A stretch of 64,000 bases of DNA from positions 62,001 through 126,000 of the forward strand of contig VRVR01000012.1 in the NCBI GenBank assembly GCA_009859145.1. Direction: 5' to 3'. This document shows positions 17,874-28,932 of this stretch, piece after piece (the first letter of the stretch is position 1; each line of letters begins with the position of its first letter). Origin of the DNA: Andalucia godoyi And28 (lineage: Eukaryota > Protista > Jakobida). A program made the position numbers and the translations under genes. Under the pieces are notes generated by a model. It did not search any database. It was not told the origin of the DNA and worked only from the letters and a program-made list of their open reading frames with translations.

Positions 17874-19994
17874 CTATTCTTTGGATTTCGGAGCCGACTT
17901 GCTTTCCATCACGGCACCCTTGGCGCAGCTGACAACTGCCCGATCTCGACAAATCACGCGTCCGGAAACCTGCGTTCTTTCCCCAACAAACAGCACGTTG
18001 GCAGACTCGCGGGCAACTACTGCTGCACGGTGACTTCGGATCGTGCAATTTTCAAATGCCACATTAATGGGACCTTCCACCACAACTCCATAGCCACACA
18101 AAGAAGGCCAGAATCGCTCGCCGTTGAAATGTTGCCACATGTTGCAGATCATCGTCTCACCAAATGGCAGATCCGTTTCAATCTCAAACTCACTTACAAC
18201 ATTCTTCTGAACAAACCCGTGACAGCCAGACGATGACGACACAAGATCCGATCGACATCTGTCCGTGCCATCGATCTCGCAGTTGTTGAACACAATCTCA
18301 AACTCATCAGCCTCGTATTTGAGGCCAACGGGCGCTTGAACGCAAAGAAACATTGCACATGATCCACGAAACTGGCAATTGCGGAATTCAAACTTGGAGA
18401 AACCTGCCTGAAAAACCGTCTCGTCAATGTGCATGTCAACGTGCGATTCTTCTTGAGAACAGAGAGACTCCGAAGACTGGCCACAGAGTGTCTGCAGGTG
18501 GCCTGTACCACACAAGGAACTCTGCACATCATTACTGTCTGCAGCAGCACTAGAATTTCTGGAACCCGGAACTTTGAGCTGCTGAACATGCAGACCGATT
18601 GCACCTTCGAACACACAAGAGTCAAAAATGACGTGCCCTAATGGTTGCTTGTTGTCAAACAGCAGGCGAAACGCTGTGGAAGGGAAATTTGCATGTGGAT
18701 TCGTGTAGACACGAAGCTCGGACTTTAGGATCGACAGTGCCTCTGCTTGCTCTGGGCCTGTGGTGGCGTCTGGAACATCTGGAGGCTCTGCAGGCATGAA
18801 TGCACGGCGCTGGCTTTGCAAAGTCGCTGCCGACTTCGTTTGCTGATGCCTTCCACCACTGTTTTGTGCGGTGTTGCGACGAAGAATATCATCAATTTCA
18901 TCATCGGATCGATCTTCACTGTCACCATACGAGCGTTCTTCGTTCGTCCAGCCTCTCTGGGAGTCGTTCATGAGCTCGGGTTCCAGCGCGGCACACTGCG
19001 CTTGATACTGCTGGCGCAGGTACTCTATCCCAAAGGCAAGACAATACGGAATTCGGTATGAATGCACTGGAGCACCCACGAAAATGCACGAATCATACAG
19101 GCACACGTTCTTGCGATGAAGGTACGCAACAGGTCCGAAGTCTGTGATGAGCAGCATGTCTCGCATGATCATTCGATTCTGAACGTGATGACTGGAGAGC
19201 AGCGACTCGGCTGCAGCTTGCATTTGCGACGCTGGAAACAACCGCCTCTGCACAATCTCTCCAACCGGCCCATAATGTCGTCCAAACATGAATCGGCCTG
19301 TGATAGGATGTCTCACATAAGCACAGTCACGGATGTTCCACATGGAGGCGGCGCACAGCCTAAAATTCTCATCCTCGCGAAGCGAAGAATCCGGAGGAGA
19401 GCTCGACGATGAACTCCATCCCATTGGATCATTGCCCGAGAGGTCCCCTAGTCCCGTTGCAGTCGCAGTCGCATACCGCGTTGATTGTGCCGACCGAAAG
19501 CTTCTCTTGAGAGCCGTTTGTATACACTTTTCAAATTCGGGAACATTCAGAGGAGGCAAGTTATAAAGTCCCATCTCGTTTGAGAACACTCCGTAACTGA
19601 CTTTCGCCATCCACAAGCACCGGAAGAACGTATCGCGCTGTTCCATCGATTCGCATTCCAAACACAAGACACGCTTCGGAAACGAAACTGTCAAACCCGG
19701 TGCAGGAACGCTTCGATGATAGTTAAATTTGCAAATGATGGCATCTTCTAACCGCAGCTCTTTAAGAAACCCCGCTGCACTATCGCCGCCGTGGCCACCA
19801 CTGTTATGGCCATTGTCACCTTTGCGGACAACAACCCCGTCTTGTGCAGGCTCACGCTCGAAATAGCGCAAAACATGCTTCTCGACAATGAAGAATCGTC
19901 GTTTCCAGTTCTTCCGAACCGAGCCTTTCTTGTACATCCATCCTCGACACGACCATTCGTCACTGCCTCGAAGAATCGCTTCAAAAGAACTCAT
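17874..19994 (-). CDS. PH-domain protein with a C-terminal right-handed parallel beta-helix-like region
   Basis: PH signature GWMYKKGSVRKNWKRRFFIVEKHVLRYFE...EQRDTFFRCL; repeated F-x-(N/S)C-x-(I/F)-x-G turns (IFDSCVFEG, FRNCQFRG, FNNCEIDG, FENCTIRS). Confidence 0.75.
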   Translation of the reverse strand: MSSFEAILRGSDEWSCRGWMYKKGSVRKNWKRRFFIVEKHVLRYFEREPAQDGVVVRKGDNGHNSGGHGGDSAAGFLKELRLEDAIICKFNYHRSVPAPGLTVSFPKRVLCLECESMEQRDTFFRCLWMAKVSYGVFSNEMGLYNLPPLNVPEFEKCIQTALKRSFRSAQSTRYATATATGLGDLSGNDPMGWSSSSSSPPDSSLREDENFRLCAASMWNIRDCAYVRHPITGRFMFGRHYGPVGEIVQRRLFPASQMQAAAESLLSSHHVQNRMIMRDMLLITDFGPVAYLHRKNVCLYDSCIFVGAPVHSYRIPYCLAFGIEYLRQQYQAQCAALEPELMNDSQRGWTNEERSYGDSEDRSDDEIDDILRRNTAQNSGGRHQQTKSAATLQSQRRAFMPAEPPDVPDATTGPEQAEALSILKSELRVYTNPHANFPSTAFRLLFDNKQPLGHVIFDSCVFEGAIGLHVQQLKVPGSRNSSAAADSNDVQSSLCGTGHLQTLCGQSSESLCSQEESHVDMHIDETVFQAGFSKFEFRNCQFRGSCAMFLCVQAPVGLKYEADEFEIVFNNCEIDGTDRCRSDLVSSSSGCHGFVQKNVVSEFEIETDLPFGETMICNMWQHFNGERFWPSLCGYGVVVEGPINVAFENCTIRSHRAAVVARESANVLFVGERTQVSGRVICRDRAVVSCAKGAVMESKSAPKSKE

Positions 19995-20485
19995 TTCAAT
20001 TGCCCCGGCTCGCCCCAGTCGAGCAGGGACTGTAATGAGTGAGAAAACTCGACTTAAAAAAAGAAAACCTTGTGGGAGAAAAAAAGAGTCGGTTCCGAGA
20101 ACAGTGCAATTAGGACTACAACAGCAGGCAAGACCTCCCCATGTGCAGCCGCCTTTCGTCAGTGCACCATCGAAGGCAGAACTCAGGAGGGCGTGTTTCG
20201 CCGAAGCCGATTGAAGCGCACGGCGGTCACAACAGAGCTGCAGGAGCGGTCAGCTGTGTTGAGTTGTCGTCGTTCTACCTGGAACACTCAAAAAACTGCA
20301 TAGCACTGTACGGGTAGGAAGTCTCCAAAAAGTAGAATTTTTTAATAAATAAACCAAAAAATAATAGTAATAATAGTAATAATACATAAAGATACAAAAA
20401 AAAGACAACCAAGTGTTAATTATAATAATGATAATAGTATAAATCATTGGCACAAAAAAAAAAAATCAAAATCGGAGAACTCGAT

Positions 20486-21970
20486 TCACCCCATGTCTTC
20501 TGAAATATCGGTGGAGTGGGGAACAAGAAAACACGCAGAATGAGCTCGCCGACCTGAACTGTCGGTAAGTGCAACAGAAACCAAGCAAAAGGTCTGAATG
20601 TTATTTTGCACTCTCAGGCGGATCTGCGGGACCACGAATCCTTGATCAATCCGAGAATCTGCTGCATGCATGTGCGCCAGCGACATGGATAAGACGCGTT
20701 GCAGACTTTGATTCTCGAGCAGCCACGATCCGGAAAACCCCATTGTTGTCAACTCCCCGTCGGAAAACATGGGCCTCACGATGCTGCGCATAGCTGCGTT
20801 CGCGGAAGAAAAGCGTCCTCGGTAGCAAGTAATAAAGGCTGGAAAAGCAAAGAGAGAGATGACCTTCTCTGCTTCCCGATAGCACGCAAGGTAGAGAGCA
20901 TCTTGGTTGACAAGACTGGAGGCGCTTCCCGACACCGAACTGCTAGAGGCCGAGGGCGGTGCAGATGAACTCGAATTCGAAGACGAAGACGACGAGGAAA
21001 CGGCCCCCGAATTAGCATTCATTCTCGAGACGGTCGCCACTCCGGATTGGCGAGGTTCCGGAAGCTGTCCGTTTCGAACAAAGTACGCAGGAAACACAGC
21101 TTGCACTCTTCGCAGAAACTCAAAAGTCACCGAGTCCGGGCATCTTGCAATGTAGTCAAAGAACATGGACCTTCCAAAAAAGATGCCTCCGTAGCCAGTC
21201 ACAAGACTCTGTACGACCATGTCCAAATGCTGGTTCGGCACCAATGCATAGTTATCTGGATTGCCATCTTGATAGATGCTCGTGTGCACAGAAGGATCCA
21301 TTGTGGCCTCCACAACGAACGCTGGAATTTTTGCGAGGAACGATTTTCTCAGTGGTTCTGAATGGAAGCAGCTTGCAGACGCAACCATCACCGAAGCAAC
21401 GGTCCACTCAAACGACGATGTAAATTGGCTGTTTTCCGACAAGAGAATCGATGATTCTACCACAGAACTGAATCCCCCCGGATGCGGAGCGGTACTATGA
21501 AGCATTGTCGGGATTGTTCGGTATGGGTTGTAGGATGGACTCTGTATTCTGCTTGAATGACCGACGTCGAATTCAATATAATCGGCATTTGCTGGAAGAA
21601 TGTCGCTCAGGCCCGACAACGACATGTCCGACGCACTGCTGCTTGCAGAATCGCTGGTGGTTCGCGGCAGTTTCGCAGAGGGAGGATTCGAATCGCCGAG
21701 CACGGCCCGAGGATTTGGAAGAATGATTTCTCCCACACCAGTGGACACAAGGCTGTCCATGGACACTGTGAAGACGCACTTGTGCGCATACCCAGCTTGC
21801 ACACAACGGTCACAAGGGACGTTTCCGCTGCATCGTCGCTTTTCTTTCCTGCACATTGTACATGCATGCGAAACGCGCTTGAGGGGCGGCGCACCGCGTC
21901 CGAAGAACATTTCATTTTCAAAACTGCCACTCGGAGAAGATCTGTCGGAATGATTTTGTAAAGGCCTCAT
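20486..21970 (-). CDS. Zn(II)2Cys6 (GAL4-type) transcription factor, possibly with a C-terminal PAS-like domain
   Basis: ACTMCRKEKRRCSGNVPCDRCVQAGYAHKC fits the CxxCx6Cx5CxxCx7C binuclear cluster. The PAS-like C-terminus is an inference. Confidence 0.88.
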   Translation of the reverse strand: MRPLQNHSDRSSPSGSFENEMFFGRGAPPLKRVSHACTMCRKEKRRCSGNVPCDRCVQAGYAHKCVFTVSMDSLVSTGVGEIILPNPRAVLGDSNPPSAKLPRTTSDSASSSASDMSLSGLSDILPANADYIEFDVGHSSRIQSPSYNPYRTIPTMLHSTAPHPGGFSSVVESSILLSENSQFTSSFEWTVASVMVASASCFHSEPLRKSFLAKIPAFVVEATMDPSVHTSIYQDGNPDNYALVPNQHLDMVVQSLVTGYGGIFFGRSMFFDYIARCPDSVTFEFLRRVQAVFPAYFVRNGQLPEPRQSGVATVSRMNANSGAVSSSSSSSNSSSSAPPSASSSSVSGSASSLVNQDALYLACYREAEKVISLFAFPAFITCYRGRFSSANAAMRSIVRPMFSDGELTTMGFSGSWLLENQSLQRVLSMSLAHMHAADSRIDQGFVVPQIRLRVQNNIQTFCLVSVALTDSSGRRAHSACFLVPHSTDISEDMG

Positions 21971-22658
21971 TGTGCAACATCGTTCTACACAATCTATACA
22001 AATGTTCTCTGAAAGTGATTTCCAGACGAGAGAGAAGACAGGTTTTGCTTGTTTGTTTGGCTTTTTTTCTGTTGAAAAAACAAAACCAAAAAATAAAATA
22101 AGAAAGAAAGAAAGAAAAGAAGTACAAAAAGAAGACGAAGAACCAAAAAAACCACAACAATTTTAAAGAGGTTTTCAGGCATTGCAAGAAACCGCGAATA
22201 TGAGCGGTAAAGGACAACAACGGAACGGAAGCGCAAAACTAACCGTATTGTCGCATGGAGGTGAACCGCGGTGCATGCAGGACCGTTTTGAGAGGGTGCT
22301 CTGCCTTAAATAGTCTGCCAGCCGTCGTCAGATCAGCTGCTAGACAGAAGGACAGCATTCTGCTCGTACTGAGGAACACCAATCACCACGTTCCAATCAA
22401 AGCGCCGGTTTGCCCACGCAGCTGTCACAAAGCGGGAAAGAGCGATCGCGAGCAGAACGGTTGTGAAAACCGCCGGATTAGCAGTGGTCGACGTGCCAGC
22501 AACCCAAAACCGCGTTTGTTTGTAACCAAAAGCAACAAGAAGGCGAATCTTGCCATGCGCACCGTGCATTCCAACAGCACCCACTTGCAAAAGACGAAAA
22601 GGCGCCAAACAACCGAAAACCAAAGCAAACAGGACAACGGAGAATACGACAAGAAATT

Positions 22659-23552
22659 TCATATGTCCACAGCCGAGGGATCGGCCTTCCACTTTCGCAC
22701 GGTCCGCTCGTGTGGCCGGACACAACAAGTTGAACCATTAATTACAAAACGGGCTTGTTTTGATTGGGTAAGAGGTACGGTGCACTCGAACAGGGTCCGG
22801 GCCTTTGGGATGCGCACCAGACAGTCTTTCACCGTGATCATGTGGATGGTATTTTCCGTTTCCATGATGACGATGCCTGTGAGCCCGACTCGCTCCGGGT
22901 GTGTTACACATCGCACCACAGTAAAGACGGCTCCATGCCAGTCTGCTTTGAGCAGCCGGTTAGCAGCGACATCTGCATTATCGTTTGCCGCCATTTGCGC
23001 AAAGTACGACACCCACAAAGCATGAAGCGGTTCGTACAGCGAGTACTTTCTGCAGTTTGCCGGAATGTCGAATCCAACTTGGGTTCTCTCCTTCTTCCGT
23101 CTCTTGCTGGACAGCAGCGGTTCCAACGATGCGCTATGCTTCGAGACTCTCTGAAACGACGTGTCTGTGTCATCCGCGCTCTCTTTCGCTGCAGAGGCGG
23201 TGGTGGCGGTGGTGGCGGTAGCGGCTCTCGACAGATCCATCTGTGAAGCCACTGCTACGTCCTCGCCGTGCTCAGGGTCCACAAACACGCGTTTTCGAGA
23301 AACTTTGTTTTCCCACAGCACTTCCTCGGATGCACCAAACGTGAGCTTCAAATCCACCGTTGCAGCCACTTTTCCAGCCTCTGCAACAGTCAAGGAAAGA
23401 TCCGCAGCGGTTTTCGCGGCACAGTATCCGTACAGCTCTGATCTGCAAAAGTCTCGGAGTGCAAGCTCCCGTGCTTGCTTTGCAGATACCACGGAAGTCG
23501 ACGAAATCGACTTTGGAATTTTGTCACGAGGCACATGCTTCTTTCGCTGCAT
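22659..23552 (-). CDS. POP4: RNase P/MRP subunit p29 (Pop4/Rpp29)
   Basis: YEPLHALWVSY; LLKADWHGAVFTVVRC; VGLTGIVIMETENT; VRIPKARTLF. Confidence 0.92.
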   Translation of the reverse strand: MQRKKHVPRDKIPKSISSTSVVSAKQARELALRDFCRSELYGYCAAKTAADLSLTVAEAGKVAATVDLKLTFGASEEVLWENKVSRKRVFVDPEHGEDVAVASQMDLSRAATATTATTASAAKESADDTDTSFQRVSKHSASLEPLLSSKRRKKERTQVGFDIPANCRKYSLYEPLHALWVSYFAQMAANDNADVAANRLLKADWHGAVFTVVRCVTHPERVGLTGIVIMETENTIHMITVKDCLVRIPKARTLFECTVPLTQSKQARFVINGSTCCVRPHERTVRKWKADPSAVDI

Positions 23553-23621
23553 CTTTCTTAAAAACGAAATATACAGTAGAAATTCGACTGAAAAAACCCA
23601 CTCTGAAATACCCGTGCACTC

Positions 23622-23683
23622 CTTCTTCTTCTTCTTCTGCTTCTTCTGCTTCTTCTGCTTCTTCTGCTTCTTCTGCTTCTTCT
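23622..23683. repeat. (CTT)n followed by about five TTCTTCTGC 9-mer units in the POP4/PLB divergent spacer
   Basis: Read directly. Confidence 0.85.
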
Positions 23684-23912
23684 CGTTGTTTGTCTATTTT
23701 ATTTTTATTTCTTCCCCAAGAAGAGACAGCAAATCATTATGAGAAATGGCCAAGCGCTGTTTCCAACTTGATGCTCATGGAACGGGGGAACGTGATGCAA
23801 GACGTATCCCGTTCATCGATATATTCTCGGGTCTGAATCTAAGCCTTTTTCTCTTGTACAGCATTTTAACCGTTCCGTTTTCGATGGTGTGATTCCGTAA
23901 GTTGCGATTAAG

Positions 23913-25511
23913 ATGCGTCTTGTGTTGTTTGTCGTTGCCTGCATAGTATTGACCTCGCAGGCGTCTGCGGATCTGTATTCGGTTCAGAAGTCGTCGTCGG
24001 GCGATTTTTCGGTGGTGGCGGGTTCGGATCCGAGCTCGGTGGTCTCGGTGTACTATGCGAATGAGGTCGGCTCCCTCGGTTGGGCTCGCATTGTACTAAA
24101 CTCTTCTTCCAGCTATTCGCACGATGACCAAGCCTTTGGCACTGGATTCGCGGAAGGGTATCTCACACAGGAACTCGCTTTTGACTACTGGTCCAACTTC
24201 ATGGTGAATGAGTATGGGGCGCATGGGCCGTCGGACAAGCTGATTGGGTTTATGCAAGCACAGTATGCGTTTGCGCAGAAATTTGCTCAGTCCGGAGCAT
24301 CTTCCTCGGATCCGTTTGCCAAGGCTGCACACATCATCATGACTCAGTTTGCGGGGTTTGCTGCGGGATACAAGGCGGCGGCGCCATCTCTCCAGGCGCT
24401 GTCGGATTTCCAACTTTACTTTGTTGCTGCAGCAGGAGATCTTGAGAACCTTGATACTGCATTTCCGTCTTCGGAGAAGCACGTTCTGAGGCAGGCAAAT
24501 CCTCTTGCAGACCACAGATACCAGGACTATCTGATGACGGACTGTTCGTCTCTTGTTCGCATTCTTCCTGACCTGTCCGACGTGGTAGCAACGCATGCAA
24601 CGTGGAGACGATACTATGCAATGTTGAGGTTATGGAAGACGATCAATTATAGCTTTTATCCGACGGTATCCATCGCGGGGTCGCCGAGCTTGCAGTCTTC
24701 CAAGGACGACTACTACACCACCGGCAACAATCTTGTTGTGATGGAGACGACCAATAACGTGTTCGACAATGCTTTGTATCAAAAGCTGTCGACATCCACC
24801 TTGCTATCTTGGCAGCGAGCCATGATCGCAAACTACATTGCTGTGGACGGCGCTTCGTGGGTTTCTGCATTTTCGCAGTTTGCATCAGGTACGTATACGA
24901 ATCAGTGGATCGTGGTCGATATGAAGAAGTTTACTCCTAGAAGTCAACCGCAGGCAGGGTTTGTGTGGATCGCGGAAGAAATTCCAGGTCTTGTGGCAAC
25001 CCAGGATGTGACGCCAATCGTGGTGTCCAAGCAATTCTGGCCGTCGTACAACGTGCCATTTTTCAAACAGGTGTATGATTTGTCTGGGTATCCTTCTGCT
25101 GTTGCCAAGTACGGGACGGAATTCACATATGAGAATTGCTCTCGTGCGCTGATGTTTTCCCGCGATGCACCAAAGTCAAAGTCGATCGCCGATGTTCAGA
25201 AAATCATCCGATACAATGACTTCCAGCATGATCCGCTGTCGGCCGGCAATCCTCTTTTGACCATTGCGTCCCGTGCCGATCTCATTGACTCTTCGTCTAA
25301 GACAATGAAACCGTCTGCCTTTGGCGCGATTGACGCAAAGGTCACGAGCTTCACGATGATCGACGCACAGCGTTCTCTGGTGCAATGCGGACCGACTACC
25401 AATCAACAAGCTCCTTTCGTTTGGTCCACTTCTTCATTTGAGTCTGTGCAGCATGTAGGTGTTCCCGACCGATTTGACTTTCCATGGGTAACCTACAGCG
25501 ACTTTGAGTAA
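23913..25511 (+). CDS. Lysosomal phospholipase B-like Ntn hydrolase (PLBD family)
   Basis: Signal peptide; nucleophile Cys in DCSSLVRIL; SKDDYY, METTN, SGTYTNQWIVVD, WPSYNVPF, RYNDFQHDPLS, GAIDAKV. Confidence 0.93.
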   Translation: MRLVLFVVACIVLTSQASADLYSVQKSSSGDFSVVAGSDPSSVVSVYYANEVGSLGWARIVLNSSSSYSHDDQAFGTGFAEGYLTQELAFDYWSNFMVNEYGAHGPSDKLIGFMQAQYAFAQKFAQSGASSSDPFAKAAHIIMTQFAGFAAGYKAAAPSLQALSDFQLYFVAAAGDLENLDTAFPSSEKHVLRQANPLADHRYQDYLMTDCSSLVRILPDLSDVVATHATWRRYYAMLRLWKTINYSFYPTVSIAGSPSLQSSKDDYYTTGNNLVVMETTNNVFDNALYQKLSTSTLLSWQRAMIANYIAVDGASWVSAFSQFASGTYTNQWIVVDMKKFTPRSQPQAGFVWIAEEIPGLVATQDVTPIVVSKQFWPSYNVPFFKQVYDLSGYPSAVAKYGTEFTYENCSRALMFSRDAPKSKSIADVQKIIRYNDFQHDPLSAGNPLLTIASRADLIDSSSKTMKPSAFGAIDAKVTSFTMIDAQRSLVQCGPTTNQQAPFVWSTSSFESVQHVGVPDRFDFPWVTYSDFE

Positions 25512-25979
25512 TCTCCTCTTCTTTATCTATGTCCACCCCGTCTCGTACTGTCGTTTACCAGTCCAGTAAACAATCCATGATTTCATCAGCTGATTGTACG
25601 CGTTCCCACACACATACACACTGCTTCTTTCTACATATTGCCAATGAGTGTCACTGCACACAGCGTCCCACTAGCGCTGTCCAGAATTCTTTTTCATCAC
25701 ACATCAGCAAAAACAACGCCTGTACGATGTCCAAAAAAAGCAAAGGATACCGGGTAAGACCACGGTGAAAAGTCGCTGTAAGCTGTCATCCTGTTAGACC
25801 CTTTTTTATTTTAAAATATTTCCACCTTCCATTATTCATGCGTTTCCTTTTCTTTTTTCCGTCTCCTTTCTCTTTTGTTTCTCTTCTTCTTCTTCTTCTT
25901 CTTCTTCTTCTTCTCTTTTCATGAAAAGACTTTGTTTTTTGGGATATTCTTTGTTACTCGTTTCGAACCCGATTTGAAA

Positions 25980-26246
25980 ATGACCGTTTCCAAGGAAGAA
26001 GTCAAGACCGCACCTCTCGACCCGCGCTTTGCGTTCCAGAACCAGGCCCGCCACTGTTTCTGGTCTTATTCTGAATTCCAGCGCTGCGTGAAGAAGACTG
26101 GAGATGCAGCTGCTCCAGAGTGCGCCGAGTTCGCGAAGGTCTATCGTTCGTTGTGTCCGTCTGAGTGGGTGAACAAGTGGAACGAGCAGGTCGAAAAAGG
26201 CGCCTTCCCGTTGGTAGATCTCGAGAAGAAGCCGGCCCACCATTAA
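25980..26246 (+). CDS. COX6B: Cytochrome c oxidase subunit 6B (Cox12), 88 aa
   Basis: TAPLDPRF..QNQARHCFWSYSEFQRC...CAEFAKVYRSLCPSEWVNKWNEQVEKGAFP. The true ATG is at 25980; the track's upstream extension is a poly-T tract. Confidence 0.95.
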   Translation: MTVSKEEVKTAPLDPRFAFQNQARHCFWSYSEFQRCVKKTGDAAAPECAEFAKVYRSLCPSEWVNKWNEQVEKGAFPLVDLEKKPAHH

Positions 26247-26588
26247 TGAATCCTCGGCTGCATTTTTTGAGTTTTCCTTTCTGCCGTGTGTTGCTTGTAC
26301 TTCTTCAGGTGCACTACCATGTTTCCCTTCCCCCCCGCACATTCCTTTTTTTCTTACCCACATCGAGAGATTCATATATGTTGCCAACATGCATGATTTG
26401 TATTTGCTCGTGTGTGTGTGTGTAAAAGCGACCACGTTTACAAAAAAAAACCCTTTTTCTTAATTTATTAACAATCTGAAAGGAAGAAGAAGGACGGTGG
26501 AAAATTACTTTTCTTGTCTTTTTCATCGTCTATCTGACGAATCAAAATATCATTCTAAGTGGATCCATGAATGTACAATCACACAGTT

Positions 26589-28028
26589 TCACGCGTCGTC
26601 CGCGTCGCTGCTGTCTTGCTCTCCATCGCTAGAGGCTCCAGAAACAGCGTTCTTCACAGAAAGCATCATCTTGTCGCTGCCGACATCAACACCGTCTTTT
26701 CTCGACTTTGAAGGACGACGTACGGCAGACTCGATTTCGTCAGCGTTTTCTTCTGGCGCAACCGACATGTCATAGCCATCAAAAATATCATCCACAATTT
26801 CGTCCCCAGACTCGGAGCCATCTTCATTATCCTCTCCTAGAAGATCGTCAAGACCGAGGTCTCCCAAGACATCGTAGGAGACTGGATCTCCGGCTTCTGC
26901 ACCGGTGTCCATTACGAACAAGGCCTCGTCCTTGAGATCCGCAACTTCAGACATGGAAGCTTCATTTGACTGCATTGCGGTGGCAGCAGCACTGGACTGA
27001 CATAGGGAGCGAATCATGGCCGCATCACTGCCGCTGAGTGCAACGATCGCTTTCTGTCGGTTCTCAACAAACGATTTCCAGAAAGACAGCTGCGAAACAC
27101 GGATTTCAAAGGCACGGGTTGGTCTCCATCCATCAAGGACTCTTGACAGCGCAACCAGGCATCCTGCCTCGTCATTGGCTTTTGCAAACTCAAAGGCTTG
27201 TCTCAAAAACACGAAGAAATCTGCAATTGCGTCCACCGAAACTTGCAAGAATGAATCCAACAAGGAAGAGCAAGTCATGTGGACGAGAAGATTGGATGCC
27301 CAGCTTGGAATGTGGCTCTTGTGTGCGCTCAATGCATGCGACGCAACCGACACTAGCCTCGTGGACAGTCCCGACAACGTGACACGTGTGAGTTCCGAGA
27401 TTTTGGGTGATGGCTTCTCCGGGAGCAGCGACAAGAATTTTGCAGCCATTACAACTTCCAATCTTGAAATCTGAGGTCGACTCGCAAATGCGCTCATGCA
27501 AGAAACCCAAGAAAGCACTTTTCCAACGTCGGACATTGAGATCTGTGGGCTCGCATCGATGTCATCGAAAAACTGATCGGGGACTCGGACAGATTCATCC
27601 AAAACGACACACTCCAACACTGACCTCCAGTCAGCAAACCGCACATTGCTCAAGGCTTGGACTTCTCTTGCTGTGCGAAGTGGTCTCGGGGCACTCACGT
27701 CTGCTTTCGGTTTCTCTGCATTACGCACTGCAACCAACCTGGCGACTTCTGCAAGATCGACGTTGAGAGAAACACAGAGAAACTTGATTGCGCTGTCGGA
27801 ATTGTCGAGAAGCATTTGTTGAAGGGATTTCTGTGGAAGAGACCTCGAGAGGGTGGAAACAACGCTGGAAATATGCGCATGTTGCTCCATTGGAGACAGA
27901 TGCAACATGAGCTCCGATAAGTCCGGGATCAGTGCTTTTAAAAACGATGCCAACGCCTCAGGAAGACCTTTCGTCACCTCATCAACCTCAAGTTCCTGGG
28001 CTGTCTTCTGTCTTGCTTTCACCTTCAT
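26589..28028 (-). CDS. Hypothetical helical protein with an acidic C-terminal tail
   Basis: 479-aa ATG-started ORF with host-like composition filling the gap between COX6B and the relic island. No family recognised. Confidence 0.7.
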   Translation of the reverse strand: MKVKARQKTAQELEVDEVTKGLPEALASFLKALIPDLSELMLHLSPMEQHAHISSVVSTLSRSLPQKSLQQMLLDNSDSAIKFLCVSLNVDLAEVARLVAVRNAEKPKADVSAPRPLRTAREVQALSNVRFADWRSVLECVVLDESVRVPDQFFDDIDASPQISMSDVGKVLSWVSCMSAFASRPQISRLEVVMAAKFLSLLPEKPSPKISELTRVTLSGLSTRLVSVASHALSAHKSHIPSWASNLLVHMTCSSLLDSFLQVSVDAIADFFVFLRQAFEFAKANDEAGCLVALSRVLDGWRPTRAFEIRVSQLSFWKSFVENRQKAIVALSGSDAAMIRSLCQSSAAATAMQSNEASMSEVADLKDEALFVMDTGAEAGDPVSYDVLGDLGLDDLLGEDNEDGSESGDEIVDDIFDGYDMSVAPEENADEIESAVRRPSKSRKDGVDVGSDKMMLSVKNAVSGASSDGEQDSSDADDA

Positions 28029-28932
28029 ATTTTCACTCTCAACGCCGTTTCTTCAGACTATACACGTCCAACTCACAGACACGAGACATGCAAGAACAAA
28101 CAACAGCTACTCTTCTCCAATAACGAAAATGGAAACATTCTGGATCGCCAGCATACGCGAAAGAGTCTACGGCTGATTGTGGACACGTCCACTTTTCGGG
28201 TTTCCTCCCAGCTCGGCTTTAATGTTGGCTTCTCAACGCTTGATGCTACAAAGGATTCGTGCTTCGCACGAAAAAGCGTTTCGCAGCCTCATTTCCGACT
28301 CTTTTTTGGCACTAATTAAATGGCTCCACTTCTGCAGTGCGAGGGGTTTCTTCATTTTTCGTTTTCATTCTAAAATCATTTAGCAGATGTTCAGGAATGA
28401 CGAGTTTCTAGCAGGTTGGTGGCATTCCGCGCCTACCCGCCGAGGCTTCTGAGGAGTGCCGTTACAAGTCCGAAAAATCGTTTTCGATGCTAGACTTTTT
28501 TAATGCAATTCATCTCTCTTAGTTTCTCGTCTTCCAGCCCATGGGTGGTTCGGATTGTGTCGAACGCCGTTGGATCTTTTTGGGACGGCACGCATTTGCT
28601 TCCCTCTCGGCAGCGCTGCATAAGAAAGTCAAGATGTCAGCCTCTCCATTTGCACACTGTTCTCTAGCAAACACTAGAGGGGTGTTGTAAGAATTTGGAT
28701 TCGCTGTGAACTTCTGCCATGCTAGGTCATCTACCACGACGTGCTTTGTAGATCTTTCTTCATATACAAGTTGTTCTGATCATATTTGACGCGCCACAAT
28801 CTTTCCTACTGGATCACACCAACACACATCCCGCAATGTGGACAAGTGAAGCACAATTTAACAAGGAGTATTTTCTGTTTCTCTGTTTCTTCTTCGATTT
28901 CAGCCTGATGAAAGACCTTATTTACTGTCTAG

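Noticed and set aside
25875-25979. Hydrophobic N-terminal extension of COX6B in the ORF track
   Set aside because: Poly-Phe derives from the TTC tract; homology begins at ATG 25980.
28519-28737. 72-aa minus-strand ORF at the island's left edge
   Set aside because: GTG start, no motif, and no frame extension that I could reconstruct.
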